DNA of 64,000 nt from NCBI GenBank assembly GCA_963787835.1, contig CAWBEI010000002.1, positions 416,001 through 480,000 of the forward strand, written 5' to 3'. A program made the position numbers and the translations under genes. The DNA comes from Ignavibacteriota bacterium (GTDB taxonomy: Bacteria; Bacteroidota; Ignavibacteria; Palsa-1295). The notes beneath the pieces are model-generated. The model saw only the letters and a list, made by a program, of their open reading frames with translations, was not told the origin of the DNA and searched no databases. Positions within the stretch are counted from its first letter, which is position 1, and each line of letters starts with the position of its first letter. This document shows, piece after piece, positions 36,994 to 46,685 of the stretch.

Positions 36994-37287
36994 ATTTAAG
37001 CCTCCTGTAGTCGGTTTCGCCCTCTCTTGGAGTGGCACAGTCCTTGTGGCTTCATTACATAGCGTTCATCGCTGTATAGTCAAAATGAAAATGGTTAACA
37101 CAATCACCGCCGCGCCTAACGCATTGCGCCGCATCACGGCAGGTATTTCCTGATGCCGTGGAGTGCGGTCGGCCCGTTCACTCGGGCATTTCGCCGCTAA
37201 TGCTCTCCACGGGAATTCGTCCGGCTGATCTCACACGGCGGCCATTCCGCGAAAAGCCTTTTTTTTAATTTAATCGCAACACTCGTT

Positions 37288-37815
37288 ATGAAAACGAACA
37301 AGATCCTCATTGCCTTTTCCTTCCCATTCGTGTTTGCCGCGTGCGGCACTGCGAATGATGATAGCAAACTCACCCCTATTTCGCGCTGGGCGTTGGCGGT
37401 CAATGCGCGGGTGCATCCGCCAGCCTTTTATGAACCGGATCATTCCTATGAAACGATCGCAGCGCATTGGGGGAATATCGTCAAGAGCGATATGAATATC
37501 GCGTGGCATTATGCGAATCGACCGGAACTTATTAAAGACAGCACGGTCATTGAGCTAACAGGCGAGTATGTGAAGTCCGACAGTCTGCCACAGTTCTTCG
37601 AGCATCACATGGCTATGCTCGATACCGCAGAGAATGTTCAGCTCAATTACACGATCGACTACAGCCGTCAGTTTGCCAGCGATCCAAGCTACTGGGTGCA
37701 TAAACCGGTCACAGAACATTCTGTCAATGAACACAAAGCGGAGTTAACGGCCCTCCGAACTGCACTGTCGCTTCACCGTCAGGTAACGGAGATGAACGAA
37801 ATGGCGGAACGATAA
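37288..37815 (+). CDS. Hypothetical lipoprotein
   Basis: Lipobox FAAC after a short signal peptide. Confidence 0.7.
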   Translation: MKTNKILIAFSFPFVFAACGTANDDSKLTPISRWALAVNARVHPPAFYEPDHSYETIAAHWGNIVKSDMNIAWHYANRPELIKDSTVIELTGEYVKSDSLPQFFEHHMAMLDTAENVQLNYTIDYSRQFASDPSYWVHKPVTEHSVNEHKAELTALRTALSLHRQVTEMNEMAER

Positions 37816-37856
37816 TAATGAGCTAAACTAAATACCGAAGCTCTGTAAATAGCGAA

Positions 37857-37895
37857 GCTCCGATAGATGCGGCTAATGCCGCTCCTATCGGAGCC
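37857..37895. repeat. Palindrome between convergent genes (REP-like, may terminate transcription)
   Basis: GCTCCGATAG-ATGCGGC-TAAT-GCCGC-TC-CTATCGGAGC; similar to 10831-10872. Confidence 0.6.
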
Positions 37896-37917
37896 TTTGC
37901 AACAGACGAACGATCAC

Positions 37918-39234
37918 TTACTCGAAGTGATACACGTCCCTCTTGGACTTGCCTTCGGGTCCCATTAGCACGAACGAGAGCTTGTGGAAATACTCCTTTG
38001 CGGCCTGCTGTACTTGTGCGGCAGTAACTTTTTCGGTTTCGGGCACGATCTTGAAAAAGATCCTCCAGTCGCCAGCTTCTACTTGATCCGTAAATAGAAT
38101 TTGTGCTTGCCGCAGGTTTTCCTGCGCTACATAATAGAAGGTCGTGATGCGCCCTTCTTTTGCGTGCCGCAGATCGGTCTCTGACACTTGGTTATTTTGC
38201 AGTTTTCGTAGTTCGTCGAACACAACATGCGTGGCAGAATCTGGCAGCACCGATTGCAATGAAATGGCAATGTCGAAGTTGGAATACGTTCCGTTCGGGT
38301 AGGCTCCGGGCGAGTAGGAAAGATTTCGCTTTGTGCGAACCTCATCGAACAGCCGCGCCTGAAGAATTTCGATCATAATACGCTCGGCCCACCAACTCGG
38401 TTCATTCATGGTCGTGGAGGAAGCGCGCATGTTCACATAGGTAGTCGGGAAATCCGCAGGCTTGGGAATGAATTTGAACGCATCGTGTACCGGTGTGATC
38501 TTTTCGACCTTTGGCCACGCGAAATCACCCTGCGGTAATGATTCCAGCGCGGCAAGTTTCGCCTCGACCTCTTTTCGTGAAACATCACCGACGATCACCA
38601 GCACCATGCGCGAACGTTGGAACTGGCTGTTACGGTATGCCTGAAGATCGCCGATCGTGATGTTAGTCACTTCCTCTACGGTGGAGACTTTATTCAAGCG
38701 GGAATTTCCCTTCCAGATGCTATCGGCAAGAAATGCCGAATAGCTCTCGGGATCTGCATCGCGGCCTTCGATGCCCTTGATCGCTTGCTCCCGAATCTTC
38801 TCCGCTTCGAGCGTATCGAAATGCGGATGCGTCAGAAGGTCGGCAAAGATATTCCACGCTGAGTTAAAGCTCGGGCGGATCGTACGCAGCGTGAAGGACA
38901 TCTGATATAGATTGCCGGAACCAGCGATCGTTGTCGAAAGAACGGCGAGCGAATCGCGGTACGCGGATTTCGGGTACTTATCGCTGCCACTCTGTGAAAT
39001 GAGCATAGCAGTCCCTCCGGCAAGAGATGTGTTATCCGTTTCGTTATACGCAAAACCGCCCTGAAATCCAAGGACTGCGCCGATAACCTGATTCGCGTTC
39101 GTCGTGCGAAGAATAACATGAATACCGTGGCTGGTAAAATCCTGCACATCGTTCGGTGCTTGCGCCGAAGCATCGTTGGCGATGGTTGCGAAGGCTATAA
39201 GCGAAGAAAGAATGATGAGTGTTAACGTTTTCAT
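37918..39234 (-). CDS. M16B peptidase, non-catalytic subunit
   Basis: Signal peptide, RLFDEVRTKRNLSY, no HxxEH. Confidence 0.85.
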   Translation of the reverse strand: MKTLTLIILSSLIAFATIANDASAQAPNDVQDFTSHGIHVILRTTNANQVIGAVLGFQGGFAYNETDNTSLAGGTAMLISQSGSDKYPKSAYRDSLAVLSTTIAGSGNLYQMSFTLRTIRPSFNSAWNIFADLLTHPHFDTLEAEKIREQAIKGIEGRDADPESYSAFLADSIWKGNSRLNKVSTVEEVTNITIGDLQAYRNSQFQRSRMVLVIVGDVSRKEVEAKLAALESLPQGDFAWPKVEKITPVHDAFKFIPKPADFPTTYVNMRASSTTMNEPSWWAERIMIEILQARLFDEVRTKRNLSYSPGAYPNGTYSNFDIAISLQSVLPDSATHVVFDELRKLQNNQVSETDLRHAKEGRITTFYYVAQENLRQAQILFTDQVEAGDWRIFFKIVPETEKVTAAQVQQAAKEYFHKLSFVLMGPEGKSKRDVYHFE

Positions 39235-40628
39235 TGTAAAAGGTCCTCCGCTTTGAGATTGAGTTTATCGAGCGCTTCCTGATTGGTGGTTACGCCGAGC
39301 ACGTATGGTTTTCCTTCGATCCAACGATTGAGATAGCGGTTGATGTCTGCGCGGGTAACTTTCTTCGCATTTTCTATATAGTGAAGATAATAGTCGAGTC
39401 CGGCGGAAGCCCACCATAGCGGAAGGGAACTCGTTGCGAACTCGGTTGCCGAAGCCGTTTCATAGATACGGTCGCCTTCCATGATGCGCTTGGCGGTTGC
39501 AAGCTCCTGGTCGGTATAATAATCGGGGTCGGTCCAGTGCGGAATCTCTGCCTCAATGGCCTTGATCGCTTTCTTCGTCGCATTGATCGGTAAATACCCA
39601 GTGATCGTGATCGGGCCGACGTTCTTTTCCGAGAACCATCCCGAATTCACCTGATACGCAAGCCGTTTATCCACCAGCGCCTTCTGGAACTTGCTGTTCT
39701 TCTGATTGATTATGGTATGGAACACGTCGGCTGCATAGCTATCGGCATTGTCTTTGCCGAGGCTCGGCCCTTGCCAGGTCATATCAATTTCGGTATAGGG
39801 CATCTCGGCTCCCTCACGCACTACGAGCTGCTTCTTGATCGGAGGGAACGGAGGTGGATCGTATTTCGGAAACGGCGCAGGGCCGGCCGGCCAGATCTTC
39901 GGGCCAAAATATTTTTCTGCCTCTTTATACACTTCCTCTGGCTTTACATCACCTGCAACGATGACGGCCATGTTGTTGGGAATGTAAAAGCGATGCTGAA
40001 TGGTATGCATCATCTCCGGCGTAGCGGCAAGAATGGCCGGACGCAACCCAAGCTGCTGCTTGCGGCTGAATAATTCCGGCGACCACACCGCGCTATCCAT
40101 GGCATAACGAAGCTTGAAATCCGGTTGAGCTTCATTGCGATCGAACTCGCCGAGGACAACGTGCGTCTCTTTCTCAAGTTCGGTCTTATCGAAGAGCGGC
40201 GTGCGAATGGCGTTGGACATGAAATCCATGCCGCCTGCCATATTACGGCTCGGAATAACGATAAAATAATTAACGTGCTCCTGATTCGTCGTGGCGTTAC
40301 TCACGCCGAGCGAGCCTCCCAGATCCTCCAGGCCATTCATAAATTGCTCCTGCGAGGGCAATTTCTGGTTCGCCTTGAAGAACATGTGTTCATATAAATG
40401 CGAAAGGCCGTTGTATTCCGGCGGCTCGGTGAAGCTGCCATTCTTCGCGACGAACTCGATTGTCACGAGCGGCACCATGTGGTTCTCGATGACGATCACA
40501 TCCAGCCCATTGGCCAGCGTTTTTTCGACAAAAGGAGCGGACTGTGCATTCGCATTACTCGAAATCAGCATTCCCATTAAAAGGAGTGCTCCGAGAATAC
40601 ATGCCCAGCAATATAGTCTATGGGTCAT
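39231..40628 (-). CDS. M16B zinc peptidase, catalytic subunit
   Basis: GLSHLYEHMFFK (HxxEH), FYIPNNMAVIVAGD; start uncertain. Confidence 0.9.
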   Translation of the reverse strand: MTHRLYCWACILGALLLMGMLISSNANAQSAPFVEKTLANGLDVIVIENHMVPLVTIEFVAKNGSFTEPPEYNGLSHLYEHMFFKANQKLPSQEQFMNGLEDLGGSLGVSNATTNQEHVNYFIVIPSRNMAGGMDFMSNAIRTPLFDKTELEKETHVVLGEFDRNEAQPDFKLRYAMDSAVWSPELFSRKQQLGLRPAILAATPEMMHTIQHRFYIPNNMAVIVAGDVKPEEVYKEAEKYFGPKIWPAGPAPFPKYDPPPFPPIKKQLVVREGAEMPYTEIDMTWQGPSLGKDNADSYAADVFHTIINQKNSKFQKALVDKRLAYQVNSGWFSEKNVGPITITGYLPINATKKAIKAIEAEIPHWTDPDYYTDQELATAKRIMEGDRIYETASATEFATSSLPLWWASAGLDYYLHYIENAKKVTRADINRYLNRWIEGKPYVLGVTTNQEALDKLNLKAEDLLQ

Positions 40629-40688
40629 ATTGTTAGGGGGTTGTGTTAAAAGCCGGTTTGAAACAGGGCAGCAAAGCATAAGATTCTC

Positions 40689-41471
40689 TTACTCTTTCAA
40701 TGCGGCCGGTCCGTGAAGCACGAACTCGAACCCATCAGGGGTGTGGCTCATCCCGCCAGAATAGGGATGATTCATTTCCGCGATCAGGAACAGGGTGACA
40801 GCTATCATCGCGGCCAGAAATCCGGTGATCAAATATTGCGACCACGGATGCGTTGAGGCAAACATATAGGTGAAGATGATGCAGACGATTCCGCCGCCCA
40901 TTAGGAGTATCCACATGATGGACGGCATCTTGCCATAAATTCCGATGATGCGCATGCGGCGGGAATCGTTAAAACTTGAAAGTTCATGCAGGGCTTCCCT
41001 ATAATAATCCTCGTCAGCGGGCGCCGGACGAAACGCATAAAACGAGTTCCATAATTTTTTGGATTTCGAATACGTCAAAGAATCGGAATGCCCTTGTGCC
41101 ATCGCGGGCCATTCACGCTGGATGACGGAATTTGCATAGTCGTTCACTTCCTCTGTGATGGCCTTCGAAACGGAATCGGGAAATGCTTTCGAGAGCTGCC
41201 TGATATTACCGAGGTGCATGGCCTCTTTTTCGGCAACGTCGTCGGCGCTTTGATATTGTTCCCACACCACCACAACCACGAACGCGAGCAGCACGGCATA
41301 GATCACTCCGACAACGGAATAGACATATCCGGCAACGTCGTGGGAATCCCGAAGCCGCTGCTTATCCGCGAACCGATGAAAGAGCGCAAGCCCACCCAAG
41401 GAAAGTGCCGTTGCAACTAATGCGGACAGTGCCGCAAGAACGATCAGAGGTAATGAAGAAAGAAAATTCAT
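40689..41471 (-). CDS. DUF4239/bestrophin-like membrane protein
   Basis: VGVIYAVLLAFVVVVVWE, EWPAM, HPYSG. Confidence 0.8.
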   Translation of the reverse strand: MNFLSSLPLIVLAALSALVATALSLGGLALFHRFADKQRLRDSHDVAGYVYSVVGVIYAVLLAFVVVVVWEQYQSADDVAEKEAMHLGNIRQLSKAFPDSVSKAITEEVNDYANSVIQREWPAMAQGHSDSLTYSKSKKLWNSFYAFRPAPADEDYYREALHELSSFNDSRRMRIIGIYGKMPSIMWILLMGGGIVCIIFTYMFASTHPWSQYLITGFLAAMIAVTLFLIAEMNHPYSGGMSHTPDGFEFVLHGPAALKE

Positions 41472-41713
41472 ATGGATGAGTGAAAGAAGAATCGCCGGGT
41501 TAACTCCGAGGCTGAATTGGAAGTTTCAGATGATGCCTGAGTGAATGAGATAATATGTGGATAATATATGTGGGTACGAAAAACCTCCCGAATTAGAATG
41601 CTCTTGGAAGATGTGCACCAATGTCGTTAGGAAAAAGGTATTTGTTGAAACAGAGGCTACCGTGAGCGTATAATCCACACGAACATTACAATAATCCTTC
41701 TCACCTTTCGTCT

Positions 41714-42250
41714 ATGAACGCGAAGATGGCTGCTGTACTAACTGTGAACGATCTCGCCGGGCCGAACGCCGGAGCGATCCTGGCCGATGGCCGGGAGTCG
41801 ATCCTGAAATTCGTTCGCTCGAAGGTTCGCGATCTCGATACCGCTGAGGATATCGTGCAGGACGTGCTGTTCCAGATGGTCCGGGCGGTCGATGCTTCGG
41901 AAACGATCGAGGATATGGGGGCGTGGCTGTACCATGCCGCGCGCAACCGCGTCATCGATTGGTACCGCAAGAAAAAGCACGACCCGATGACCGACGCGAT
42001 CGAGCAAACAGCGGTCGCGGAAAAAACCGGCGGCGACACCACGCTGATGCGGGAAGAAATTTGGGGAACGCTAATGACGGCGCTCGCCGATCTTCCTGAA
42101 AAACAGCGCGATGTGTTCGTAATGCATGAACTCGAAGGATTCTCCTTCAATGAGATCCAGGAGATCACCGGCGAAAATCTGAACACGCTGTTGGCACGGA
42201 AGCGGTACGCTGTCCTCGCGCTTCGAAAGAAGCTGAAACATCTGAGATAG
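41714..42250 (+). CDS. ECF sigma factor
   Basis: AEDIVQDV, WLYHAARNRVIDWYRK, LPEKQRDVF, NTLLARKRYAV. Confidence 0.92.
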   Translation: MNAKMAAVLTVNDLAGPNAGAILADGRESILKFVRSKVRDLDTAEDIVQDVLFQMVRAVDASETIEDMGAWLYHAARNRVIDWYRKKKHDPMTDAIEQTAVAEKTGGDTTLMREEIWGTLMTALADLPEKQRDVFVMHELEGFSFNEIQEITGENLNTLLARKRYAVLALRKKLKHLR

Positions 42251-42322
42251 GGAACATTTGAGGTCGTTGGTTCGAGGGAACCACGTTGAGGCGCCATCCT
42301 AACGCATGGCAAGAAAGGATTA

Positions 42323-42721
42323 TTGGATAGTATGTTTATCATTGCAATATTTTTATTTGGCTGGATCGTCCAGCTGCTCTGGAATGCACTCATTCCAGAG
42401 CTATTTCATGGGCCGATACTTAGTTATTGGCAATCGGTTGGGTTGTTACTGCTCAGCAGATTCCTGGTCGGGTTTAAGGGCAAGCATCGAGGCTGGAAGC
42501 CGAAGAGTTGGAAACGTTACGGTCCACCGTGGAAATGGAACAAGTGGAACAGCTCACATTGCGAGGATTGGAATATGGGTCCCGGCCCAGACTATTGCGG
42601 GCCCTGGCAAGGAGGCTGGCAGAACTGGCAGAAAATGACTCCAGAAGAAAAACAGCAGGCCAAGGAAGAATGGCGAAAGAAAAAGGAAGAGTGGAAGGCA
42701 AACTGGAAGCATGGAGAATAG
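42323..42721 (+). CDS. Two-TM protein with a Trp/Lys-rich tail, adjacent to the ECF sigma
   Basis: LWNALIPELF, SYWQSVGLLLLSR, MTPEEK; start uncertain. Confidence 0.7.
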   Translation: MDSMFIIAIFLFGWIVQLLWNALIPELFHGPILSYWQSVGLLLLSRFLVGFKGKHRGWKPKSWKRYGPPWKWNKWNSSHCEDWNMGPGPDYCGPWQGGWQNWQKMTPEEKQQAKEEWRKKKEEWKANWKHGE

Positions 42722-42795
42722 TGATCGCAGCGCCAGAAATATTTTGATCTGTGTATCTATTTCCACTGATGGTCTGCCGCTGCTATTAGAATAAC

Positions 42796-42826
42796 TTGAC
42801 TTTGCTCCGAAAGTTTCGTATGTTTG
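42796..42826 (+). promoter_or_regulatory. Putative promoter
   Basis: TTGACT at 42796 and TATGTTTG at 42819. Confidence 0.5.
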
Positions 42827-42938
42827 CATAAGAAACGTCCGGAGCATCGCTAGCGAGCGGCATTTTGGGTGAGTCTGCTATCGAAGTCCCGTGTCTCAAT
42901 ACTGTATTGTAGTACCTTCATAATTTAATTTCCCACTT

Positions 42939-43343
42939 ATGGCACAAATTCATTGGCTGGCCGTTCTGGTAGCGGCGATCGTGTATTTCTTTTTTGGATC
43001 CTTGTGGTATCAACTGCTTTTTAGGAAGATATGGGCGCGCGAATCTGGCATCAAAATGGATAACCCTCCCAAAGGTGGCGCGATGATGACCATGATGCTC
43101 AAAAGCTTCCTAGGTAATCTTCTTGCAGTCATCGCACTGGCGTTCCTTTTGCACTATGCACAAGGGGGCGATCTGATGCGGAGTGCAAAGATCGGAGCAG
43201 TTGCTGCCTTTGGTGTTGCAGGAGGAACGCTGTGGATTAATTATAACTGGCACAGCAAATCCACATTACTTTGGATCATCGATACCGCTTACTACACGAT
43301 CGGCCTTGCATTGGCTGGCGCTGTTATTTCAATGATGGCATAA
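42939..43343 (+). CDS. DUF1761-family membrane protein
   Basis: WLAVLVAA...GSLWY..LF...W; IDTAY. Confidence 0.8.
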   Translation: MAQIHWLAVLVAAIVYFFFGSLWYQLLFRKIWARESGIKMDNPPKGGAMMTMMLKSFLGNLLAVIALAFLLHYAQGGDLMRSAKIGAVAAFGVAGGTLWINYNWHSKSTLLWIIDTAYYTIGLALAGAVISMMA

Positions 43344-43388
43344 CCGCGCCTCAAAAATTCCTTTGTCGCTCGAATTCTTAATAAAACA

Positions 43389-43416
43389 AAGAAGCCTGCA
43401 TCTGCGGGCTTCTTCA
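43389..43416. terminator. Hairpin between convergent genes
   Basis: AAGAAGCCTGCA-TC-TGCGGGCTTCTT. Confidence 0.65.
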
Positions 43417-43428
43417 TGAAGAACAGCT

Positions 43429-45042
43429 TTATCGCTTAGCTCGCTTTTTCGTTGCATAATGTTTCGCGGATTTCTTTGCTATGGGTTGAATTTTCTCCGC
43501 AATACTCTTCCCCTGCATAAAATGCAGCAGATAATCATACCCACCCGCCTTCGAATCCGTGCCGGACATGTTAAATCCGCCAAATGGATGCGCCCCGACC
43601 ATCGCGCCAGTACATTTGCGGTTGATGTAAAGGTTACCAACGAAAAATTCCTTCTTCGCGCGTTCGATATTCCTTTGGCTCTTTGAATAGACGGCTCCCG
43701 TCAAGCCGTATTCCGTATTATTTGCAACTTCGAGAGCTTCATCGAAATTTTTCACCGGAATAAGCGCCAGCACCGGACCGAAAATCTCTTCCTGCGCCAG
43801 CCGTGCATTCGGAGCAATATCGGCAACGACGGTCGGCTGGATGAAGTACCCTTCGGTTCCCGAACGTTCGCCACCGGCGACCACGCGGCCCTCTTTGCGG
43901 CCAATATCGATATAGCTCATGATGCTGTTAAATGCCTTCTCATTTACGACCGGCCCGATGCGAACATTCTTCGTAGGGTCGCCAATCTCTAATGCCTTCA
44001 CACGTTCGGCAATCTTCTGGACCATCTTCGGATACACCGATTGCTCGATGATCGCCCTGGAACACGCGGAACATTTCTGTCCCTGGAACCCATACGCGCT
44101 AACAACGATACCCTCTGCCGCTGCATCGAGATCGGCATCCTTCGCAACGACGATCGCATCCTTACCGCCCATTTCTGCAACCACGCGCTTGATCCATTTC
44201 TGCCCTTCGCGTGGTGTTGCAGCGTTCTGCGCGACTCGCAATCCCACTTGCTTCGAGCCAGTGAAGGAAATGAACCGCGTGATCGTACTATTCACCAGAT
44301 AATCCCCCACTTCGCCGCCCGGTGCAGTCAGGAAATTCAGTACTCCGGATGGAAGCTCCGCTTCTTCCATGATCTCGTGGAACAGCCAGCCCATCATCGG
44401 CGAATCGCTGGAGGGCTTGAGAACTATTGTGTTGCCCGTCACAATGGCGGCGGCTGACATCCCCACTAAGATCGCGAATGGGAAGTTCCACGGTGGAACG
44501 ATAACCCCGACGCCCAGCGGAATATATTCCAGCCAATCGTGCTCGCCTTTAAGCTGATGAAGCGGTTGCGGCCCACCAAAACGCATCATCTCGCGTGCAT
44601 AAAATTCCAGAAAATCGATAGCTTCAGCGGTATCGGCATCGGCTTCCGCCCAGTTCTTGCCGACTTCCCGCACCATCCATGCATTGATTTCATAGCGACG
44701 CCGCTTTGCGATCTTCGCGGCTTTGAAAATATAATTCGCTCGCTTGTCATACGGAACTTTGCTCCAGGTCTGGAATGCATTCGCAGCCGTTTGGAGCGCC
44801 TCTTCCGCATGTTCAACCGTTCCCTTCGCAAAATTACCGATGATCTCGCTCGGCCGGGCCGGATTGCGCGATGCGATCGCATCGCTCGTTCCAATGCGCT
44901 TGCCGCCGATCACATTAGGATAGATCTTGCCCAAACTGTCGCCCGTTTTGCGCAGCGCGGCTTCCATAGCCTTGCGCTCGCGGGGCTGGGTGTAATCTTT
45001 GTAGGTCTCGTTCTGAAATGCGGGGATTTTCGTCTTGGCCAT
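43429..45042 (-). CDS. pruA: L-glutamate gamma-semialdehyde (P5C) dehydrogenase
   Basis: EAIDFLEFYAR, PWNFP, EMGGKD, GFQGQKCSACSR, GGFNMSGTDSKAGG. Confidence 0.93.
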   Translation of the reverse strand: MAKTKIPAFQNETYKDYTQPRERKAMEAALRKTGDSLGKIYPNVIGGKRIGTSDAIASRNPARPSEIIGNFAKGTVEHAEEALQTAANAFQTWSKVPYDKRANYIFKAAKIAKRRRYEINAWMVREVGKNWAEADADTAEAIDFLEFYAREMMRFGGPQPLHQLKGEHDWLEYIPLGVGVIVPPWNFPFAILVGMSAAAIVTGNTIVLKPSSDSPMMGWLFHEIMEEAELPSGVLNFLTAPGGEVGDYLVNSTITRFISFTGSKQVGLRVAQNAATPREGQKWIKRVVAEMGGKDAIVVAKDADLDAAAEGIVVSAYGFQGQKCSACSRAIIEQSVYPKMVQKIAERVKALEIGDPTKNVRIGPVVNEKAFNSIMSYIDIGRKEGRVVAGGERSGTEGYFIQPTVVADIAPNARLAQEEIFGPVLALIPVKNFDEALEVANNTEYGLTGAVYSKSQRNIERAKKEFFVGNLYINRKCTGAMVGAHPFGGFNMSGTDSKAGGYDYLLHFMQGKSIAEKIQPIAKKSAKHYATKKRAKR

Positions 45043-45136
45043 GTAATAAAAAAATTAGAGTGCCGCAAAACACGCTTTTGCCGGGTTCTGCTCCATAGCC
45101 AAGCCGTAAGATTTTTTAACGAATGGTATTCCCATA

Positions 45137-45330
45137 GAAATAGGTGCCATTTTTCTTTCTTGTGAGTTCCCGATGACCCTCGTTTCCGAGCCGTTTTCGC
45201 CATTTTGTTGCAACAAATGTTTTCTCAAAGAACTCGTTCATAAAGAAAGCTATCCCATCCCCCTTTCATCTTTCATAATTCATACTTTATAATTACCAAT
45301 AGGTGCCTATCAAAGCAATAACTAATATAC
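45137..45330 (-). repeat. Dispersed ~200-bp element, copy C
   Basis: GAAATAGGTGCCATTTTTCTTTCTTGTGAGTTCCCG ... AAAGAACTCGTTCATAAAGAAA ... AATAGGTGCCTAT ... AATATAC. Confidence 0.9.
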
Positions 45331-45403
45331 GACAACATTTTCTCCCACACATGAAATGCGAAATTTTGTTAGCCTGCGTTGCCAAGCGTGGTGTTTATAT
45401 TTC

Positions 45404-45431
45404 GTATATTATATTGAGAATGATAGGCACC
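45404..45431 (+). repeat. Head only (copy D) of the dispersed element
   Basis: GTATATT-N12-ATAGGCACC, back-to-back with copy C. Confidence 0.7.
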
Positions 45432-45473
45432 ATTGCCGCGTTTTCGTTCTTTTAGTTTAACATTAAATAGAAA

Positions 45474-46685
45474 ATGGCCTTACCCAAAAACTTGCGTTCT
45501 ATCCATCCATTCCCGGCGAGAATGGCACCGGAGCTTGTGTGGGATGAATTGCCTGATCACTTGCCACGGCTGCGAGTTCTTGACCCAATGGCAGGTTCCG
45601 GCACAACGCTCGTGACAGCAAAGCTTCGAGGACACGAAGCAATCGGGTATGACCGTGACCCGCTTGCTGTACTGATTGCTCGTTCATGGCTGACGAACGT
45701 CTCAAAAACTGAGGTTGAAGCTAAAGGGTCTGAGATTTTGGCAAGAGCACGCGCAAGGGCACGGAATATGAAAATAGCTGATGCCTATCCCAGAAGTGCA
45801 GACGATGAAACTAAAGCTTTTGTACGCTATTGGTTTGACAGCACGAATCGTGTTCAATTAGCAGCACTATCTGAGTCAATTTCCCGGCTGCATGATCCAT
45901 CTCTTCGTGATTTAATGTGGTGCGCATTTTCACGACTTATAATTACGAAGAAAATAGGTGCATCGCTCGCAATGGATATTTCCCATAGCCGCCCGCACAG
46001 AAGCTATGAAAAGGCTCCCATTCAAGCATTCGACAGATTTGAGCAAGCTGTAAAATACATTGTAAAAGCAGCCCCTTTTCCGAATATTAAATCTGATGGG
46101 CTGCAAGCATCAGTGGGATTTGCAGATGCACGTCATTTACCGCTTGGCGATAGTACGGTGGATATTGTTATCACGTCTCCGCCATATCTAAATGCGATTG
46201 ATTACATTCGCGGGCACAAATTTTCTCTTATTTGGATGGGTCATAGCATTGAAAAGCTCCGAAATGTACGAACAACTAATGTGGGAACAGAGACCGTGGC
46301 AAGAGAAGAAGAAGGAGACATTCTGACTGAGCAAATCATGAAAATGATGTGCCCAGTTGAGACACTTTCAACGCGTAACGCTGGCATGTTGCGACGATAT
46401 GTGCATGACATGCGCGATGTTCTCTCAGAGATAAAACGTGTGTTACGTTCCCAAGGTAAAGCTATTTTTGTCGTCGGGAATTGTAACCTTCGTGATACAT
46501 TCGTGCAGAACTCAAAATGTATAGAAGGTCTTGCCGTGGGGCTTGGAATGGTTGTCAATAAAGTTCGGAGTAGAGCATTGCCAGAAAATCGGCGTTACCT
46601 TCCTCCCCCTGAATCATTAACAGCGGGCAAGGCATTAAATCGGCGTATGCGCGAAGAGGTGATTATCACTCTGATGAAGCCTTGA
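45474..46685 (+). CDS. Amino-DNA methyltransferase, probably N4-cytosine
   Basis: IHPFPARM, motif I VLDPMAGSGTT, motif IV ITSPPY. Confidence 0.9.
   Translation: MALPKNLRSIHPFPARMAPELVWDELPDHLPRLRVLDPMAGSGTTLVTAKLRGHEAIGYDRDPLAVLIARSWLTNVSKTEVEAKGSEILARARARARNMKIADAYPRSADDETKAFVRYWFDSTNRVQLAALSESISRLHDPSLRDLMWCAFSRLIITKKIGASLAMDISHSRPHRSYEKAPIQAFDRFEQAVKYIVKAAPFPNIKSDGLQASVGFADARHLPLGDSTVDIVITSPPYLNAIDYIRGHKFSLIWMGHSIEKLRNVRTTNVGTETVAREEEGDILTEQIMKMMCPVETLSTRNAGMLRRYVHDMRDVLSEIKRVLRSQGKAIFVVGNCNLRDTFVQNSKCIEGLAVGLGMVVNKVRSRALPENRRYLPPPESLTAGKALNRRMREEVIITLMKP

Noticed and set aside
42830-42900. Possible tRNA or riboswitch upstream of DUF1761
   Set aside because: No cloverleaf, T-loop or recognisable aptamer consensus
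44910-45203. ORFs within the dispersed element (also 10706..10936)
   Set aside because: Reading frames are not conserved among the three copies
45392-45420. dif-like site (CGTATA TTATATTGAGA)
   Set aside because: The XerD arm is only partly matched and there is no convincing XerC arm; better explained as the dispersed element head
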